A stretch of DNA of 11,379 bases from Candidatus Dadabacteria bacterium. Its GTDB lineage: Bacteria; Desulfobacterota_D; UBA1144; Nemesobacterales; CSP1-2. The translations under genes were made by a program, and so were the position numbers. Under the pieces are notes generated by a model that was not told the origin of the DNA, searched no databases, and was given only the letters and a program-made list of their open reading frames with translations. Positions 8,446 to 11,379 of this stretch are shown in pieces (the first letter of the stretch is position 1; every line of letters begins with the position of its first letter). The stretch is from positions 1 through 11,379 of the forward strand of contig PSLL01000010.1 in the NCBI GenBank assembly GCA_040289575.1, written 5' to 3'.

Positions 8446-8582
8446 AACCCTACGGAAAAGGGCAAACTACTTGAAAAGGTGGGACCGCAAAGCCTCTGAC
8501 CTAAATTGGCGTTGGTCTTTTGTTGAGAAATTGGAGACTCATAGACAGGGCTAACATGGTAGCAGGGCTTCCCAGGAGGGTT
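8446..8582 (+). ncRNA. Cyclic di-GMP-I (GEMM-I, RF01051-type) riboswitch aptamer
   Basis: AGGGCAAAC (8459-8467); stem CTACTT-GAAA-AGGTGG (8467-8482) with GNRA loop; GA(C)CGCAAAGCC; tetraloop receptor CCTAAA (8500-8505)/CATGG (8555-8559); 3' GGTAGCAGGGCTTCC; closing helix AACCCT..GG (8446-8455) with CC..AGGGTT (8572-8582). Pair-preserving changes relative to the V. cholerae Vc2 sequence as recalled (U8497-A8564, A8499-U8560, G8492-C8568). Confidence 0.92.
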
Positions 8583-8600
8583 GAATCTTGGTTATTCTTT
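8572..8600 (+). terminator. Weak candidate intrinsic terminator (riboswitch expression platform)
   Basis: CCAGGA (8572-8577) pairs with TCTTGG (8586-8591), followed by TTATTCTTT; mutually exclusive with aptamer P1. Only 6 bp, including one G-U. Confidence 0.35.
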
Positions 8601-8768
8601 GCTGGTTTGTTTGTGATAAGTACCATCTAAATGTTGTGCCTCGGCGGGGATAAATATTCATAATCTATTATGAGAAGTGAGAGCGGCTTGTTTATAAATT
8701 TTCTACTAGGCTCATTTTATGTTTCAAAATTCCTGTTCCACAATAAGCCCTTAAGGAGGGATTAGGGT

Positions 8769-10508
8769 ATGAGCAGCCGTTTTGGAGATATACTTGTTAA
8801 GGAAGAGGTTATAAGCCTCGATCAGCTTAAAGCCGCAATCGAAGAGCAAAAGCAGACTGGCAAGAGGCTTGGCGAAACACTCCTCAAGTTAGGTTATATA
8901 AACGAATACGAACTGGTTGCGTTCCTCAGCAAGCAATACAGGGTTCCCGCCATTAATCTCGATGAATTCGAGATAGCGCCTGATGTTCTAAAACTTGTAC
9001 CCAGAGAATCCGCCGTAAAGCATGGTCTTGTTCCTATAAACCGCTCGGGGTCGAATCTAGTTGTGGCGATGTCCGACCCATCCAATATATTTGCAATTGA
9101 TGATCTCAAATTTGCAACCGGACATAATATAGAAGTCGTAGTTGCCTCTGAGAGGGCGATTAAAAATGCCATTGACAAGTACTACGGACCTAAAAAAGAG
9201 GGGAATGCAAAGATAGATGTTGAGGATACAGGGGTATCAATAGATCAGATAATGGGAGAACTCCAGGACTTTATAGTGGAGCTTGGGGGAGAAGAAGAAA
9301 TAGAGATAAACGACCTGGCAAGAGCCTCCGAAGAGGCCCCCGTCGTAAAGCTTGTAAACCACATTCTTATTGATGCAATAGGGCGAAATGCGAGTGATAT
9401 TCACATTGAGCCATATGAAAAGGACTATAGGGTCAGATATAGAATAGACGGGATTCTATATGATATTATGCGTCCGCCCATGAGATTGAAGAATGCTGTA
9501 TCTTCAAGGGTAAAGATTATGGCAAACCTCGACATTGCCGAAAGAAGGCTTCCTCAAGATGGTCGTATTAAGCTCAGACTCGGCCGGGGAAGGAATATGG
9601 AATATCGTGTCTCTGTAATTCCTACAATCTTTGGTGAAAAGGTCGTGATGAGGCTTCTTGACAGGTCTTCTCTTCAACTCGACCTAACCAAATTGGGTTT
9701 TGAAGAAGACCAGCTAAAGGCATTCAAGGACTCCATTTACAAACCCTACGGAATGGTTTTAATAACAGGCCCTACCGGAAGTGGAAAGACAACTACACTT
9801 TACTCAGCCCTTATGGAACTCAACCGTCCTGATGTCAATATTTCTACTGCTGAAGATCCGGTTGAGTACAGCCTTCCTGGAGTGAATCAGGTTAATATTC
9901 ATGAGGAAATCGGGCTCAATTTTGCTGCGTGTCTGAGGTCATTTCTAAGACAGGACCCTGACATTATTCTCGTGGGAGAGATCAGGGATTATGAGACCGC
10001 TGAGATCGCGATTAAGGCTGCCCTCACAGGTCACCTCGTGCTCTCTACTCTCCATACAAATGACGCTGCCTCATCTATTACCCGACTCCTGAACATGGGT
10101 ATAGAACCCTTTCTTGTAACTGCGTCTCTAAATGCGGTTGCTGCACAGAGGCTTATGAGGAAGGTTTGTACAGTCTGTAAAGAAGAGGTAAAGGTTTCTC
10201 CTCAGATTTTAATTGACTTGGGGGTGCCGCCAAAGGAGGTATTCGAATATAAGATTTATAAGGGCAAGGGTGATAATTGTAAAACGTGCCTTGGCACCGG
10301 ATACAAGGGAAGGGTAGCGGTATACGAAGTTATGGTGCTCACAGAGAAGTTAAAGGAGTTTATCCTAAGCGGTGCATCTGTGCTTGAACTCAAGCGTGAG
10401 GCTATAAAGCAGGGGATGAAAACGCTTAGGCAGAGTGCCCTTCTCAAGCTCAAGCACGGTATAAGCACGGTTGAAGAGGTTGTAAGGAACACGGCTCCGG
10501 ATAATTAG
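8769..10508 (+). CDS. pilB: Type IV-A pilus assembly ATPase PilB with N-terminal MshEN domain
   Basis: AAGGAGG RBS (8753-8759); ASDIHIEP, DIAERRLPQDGR, Walker A GPTGSGKT, TAEDPVE, LRQDPDIILVGEIRD, TGHLVLSTLHTN, Zn-binding CTVC...CKTC; followed by pilT. Confidence 0.96.
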   Translation: MSSRFGDILVKEEVISLDQLKAAIEEQKQTGKRLGETLLKLGYINEYELVAFLSKQYRVPAINLDEFEIAPDVLKLVPRESAVKHGLVPINRSGSNLVVAMSDPSNIFAIDDLKFATGHNIEVVVASERAIKNAIDKYYGPKKEGNAKIDVEDTGVSIDQIMGELQDFIVELGGEEEIEINDLARASEEAPVVKLVNHILIDAIGRNASDIHIEPYEKDYRVRYRIDGILYDIMRPPMRLKNAVSSRVKIMANLDIAERRLPQDGRIKLRLGRGRNMEYRVSVIPTIFGEKVVMRLLDRSSLQLDLTKLGFEEDQLKAFKDSIYKPYGMVLITGPTGSGKTTTLYSALMELNRPDVNISTAEDPVEYSLPGVNQVNIHEEIGLNFAACLRSFLRQDPDIILVGEIRDYETAEIAIKAALTGHLVLSTLHTNDAASSITRLLNMGIEPFLVTASLNAVAAQRLMRKVCTVCKEEVKVSPQILIDLGVPPKEVFEYKIYKGKGDNCKTCLGTGYKGRVAVYEVMVLTEKLKEFILSGASVLELKREAIKQGMKTLRQSALLKLKHGISTVEEVVRNTAPDN

Positions 10509-10529
10509 CCGTATAATAGGGGGTGTAAT

Positions 10530-11379
10530 ATGGCTGTAACCCTTCATCAACTTCTAAAGATTATGGTAGAGAGTAACGCCTCTGACCTCCACATTACAGC
10601 CGGCTCTCCTCCTATGCTCAGGATTGATGGAAGACTCGTTCCGATTAAACACCCGCCCCTTTCTATACCCGAGACTAAGGATATATGCTACAGCGTTCTT
10701 ACAGATGCACAGAAGCAAAAATTTGAGGAGAACTGGGAGCTTGATTTCTCATTCGGTGTTCAGGGGCTAAGCCGGTTTCGAGGAAATATTTATATGCAAA
10801 GGGGTGCTGTAGCAGGGGCGTTCCGTTTAATTCCTTTTAAGATCAGAGGGCTTCAGGAGCTCGGGGTTCCGCCTATTGTTTCTGAGCTTGCAAGAAGACC
10901 AAGGGGGCTTATTCTCGTTACAGGTCCCACGGGATCTGGAAAAACAACTACCCTTGCTGCAATAATAGACCAGATAAACCAGGAACGTCATGATCATATC
11001 GTTACTATCGAAGACCCGATTGAATACCTTATGACCCATAAGAATTGTCTTGTAAACCAAAGAGAGGTGGGGAGTGATACGAAGAGTTTTCATAATGCCT
11101 TAAGGAGCGTCCTTAGGGAAGATCCAGACGTGATTCTAATCGGGGAGATGAGGGACCTCGAAACTATCAAAATAGCGCTCGTTCTCTCTGAAACAGGTCA
11201 CTTAACCCTTGCTACACTTCATACAAACACGGCCGTTCAAACCATAAACCGCATTATTGATGTTTTCCCTCCACATGAGCAGTCTCAAGTAAGGGCGCAA
11301 CTCTCTTTCGTTTTAGAGGGGATACTATGTCAGACGCTTATTCCTAAGATAGGTGGTGGAAGGGTGCTCGCTATGGAGG
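10530..11379 (+). CDS. pilT: Type IV pilus retraction ATPase PilT (3'-truncated by window edge)
   Basis: Not in the ORF track. ATG at 10530 after GGGGGTG; translates MAVTLHQLLKIMVESNASDLHITAGSPPMLRIDG...GLILVTGPTGSGKTTTLAAIID...TIEDPIE...VNQREVG...LREDPDVILIGEMRDLET...ETGHLTLATLHTN...RIIDVFPPHEQSQVRAQLS, open to the window end. Confidence 0.95.
   Translation, partial: MAVTLHQLLKIMVESNASDLHITAGSPPMLRIDGRLVPIKHPPLSIPETKDICYSVLTDAQKQKFEENWELDFSFGVQGLSRFRGNIYMQRGAVAGAFRLIPFKIRGLQELGVPPIVSELARRPRGLILVTGPTGSGKTTTLAAIIDQINQERHDHIVTIEDPIEYLMTHKNCLVNQREVGSDTKSFHNALRSVLREDPDVILIGEMRDLETIKIALVLSETGHLTLATLHTNTAVQTINRIIDVFPPHEQSQVRAQLSFVLEGILCQTLIPKIGGGRVLAME

Noticed and set aside
8419..8707. AATT(TT)CTAC words at about 8421 and 8697 resembling a Cas12a repeat handle
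   Set aside because: Only two short dissimilar matches 276 bp apart; no repeat-spacer periodicity and no cas genes.
10509..10529. TATAAT (10512-10517) between pilB and pilT as an internal promoter
   Set aside because: No -35 or extended -10 element; the 21-bp gap with an RBS fits co-transcription.
8894..11093. Minus-strand ORFs inside pilB and pilT
   Set aside because: Antisense shadows; the region after 10530 is explained by pilT on the plus strand.

Overview
Bacterial core-genome window (GC in the low-to-mid 40% range by eye; gene order and protein style resemble Desulfobacterota/deltaproteobacteria-type organisms, which is inference only). Left to right: a YmdB-family phosphodiesterase (+); a convergent minus-strand run trmFO - glyQ - glyS - ppdK; and, divergent from trmFO, a type IV pilus operon starting pilB - pilT (pilT runs off the window end and is missing from the ORF track). 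The main non-ORF signal is a well-formed c-di-GMP-I (GEMM-I) riboswitch aptamer at about 8446-8582, just after a sigma70-like promoter and ahead of pilB. It has an atypically long P2 extension and one extra C in the core. PilB itself begins with a tandem MshEN c-di-GMP-binding motif, suggesting two-tier cyclic-dinucleotide control of pili. There is also an unexplained three-hairpin element between trmFO and glyQ and a possibly leaderless trmFO. No CRISPR array, tRNA/rRNA or mobile element was seen.
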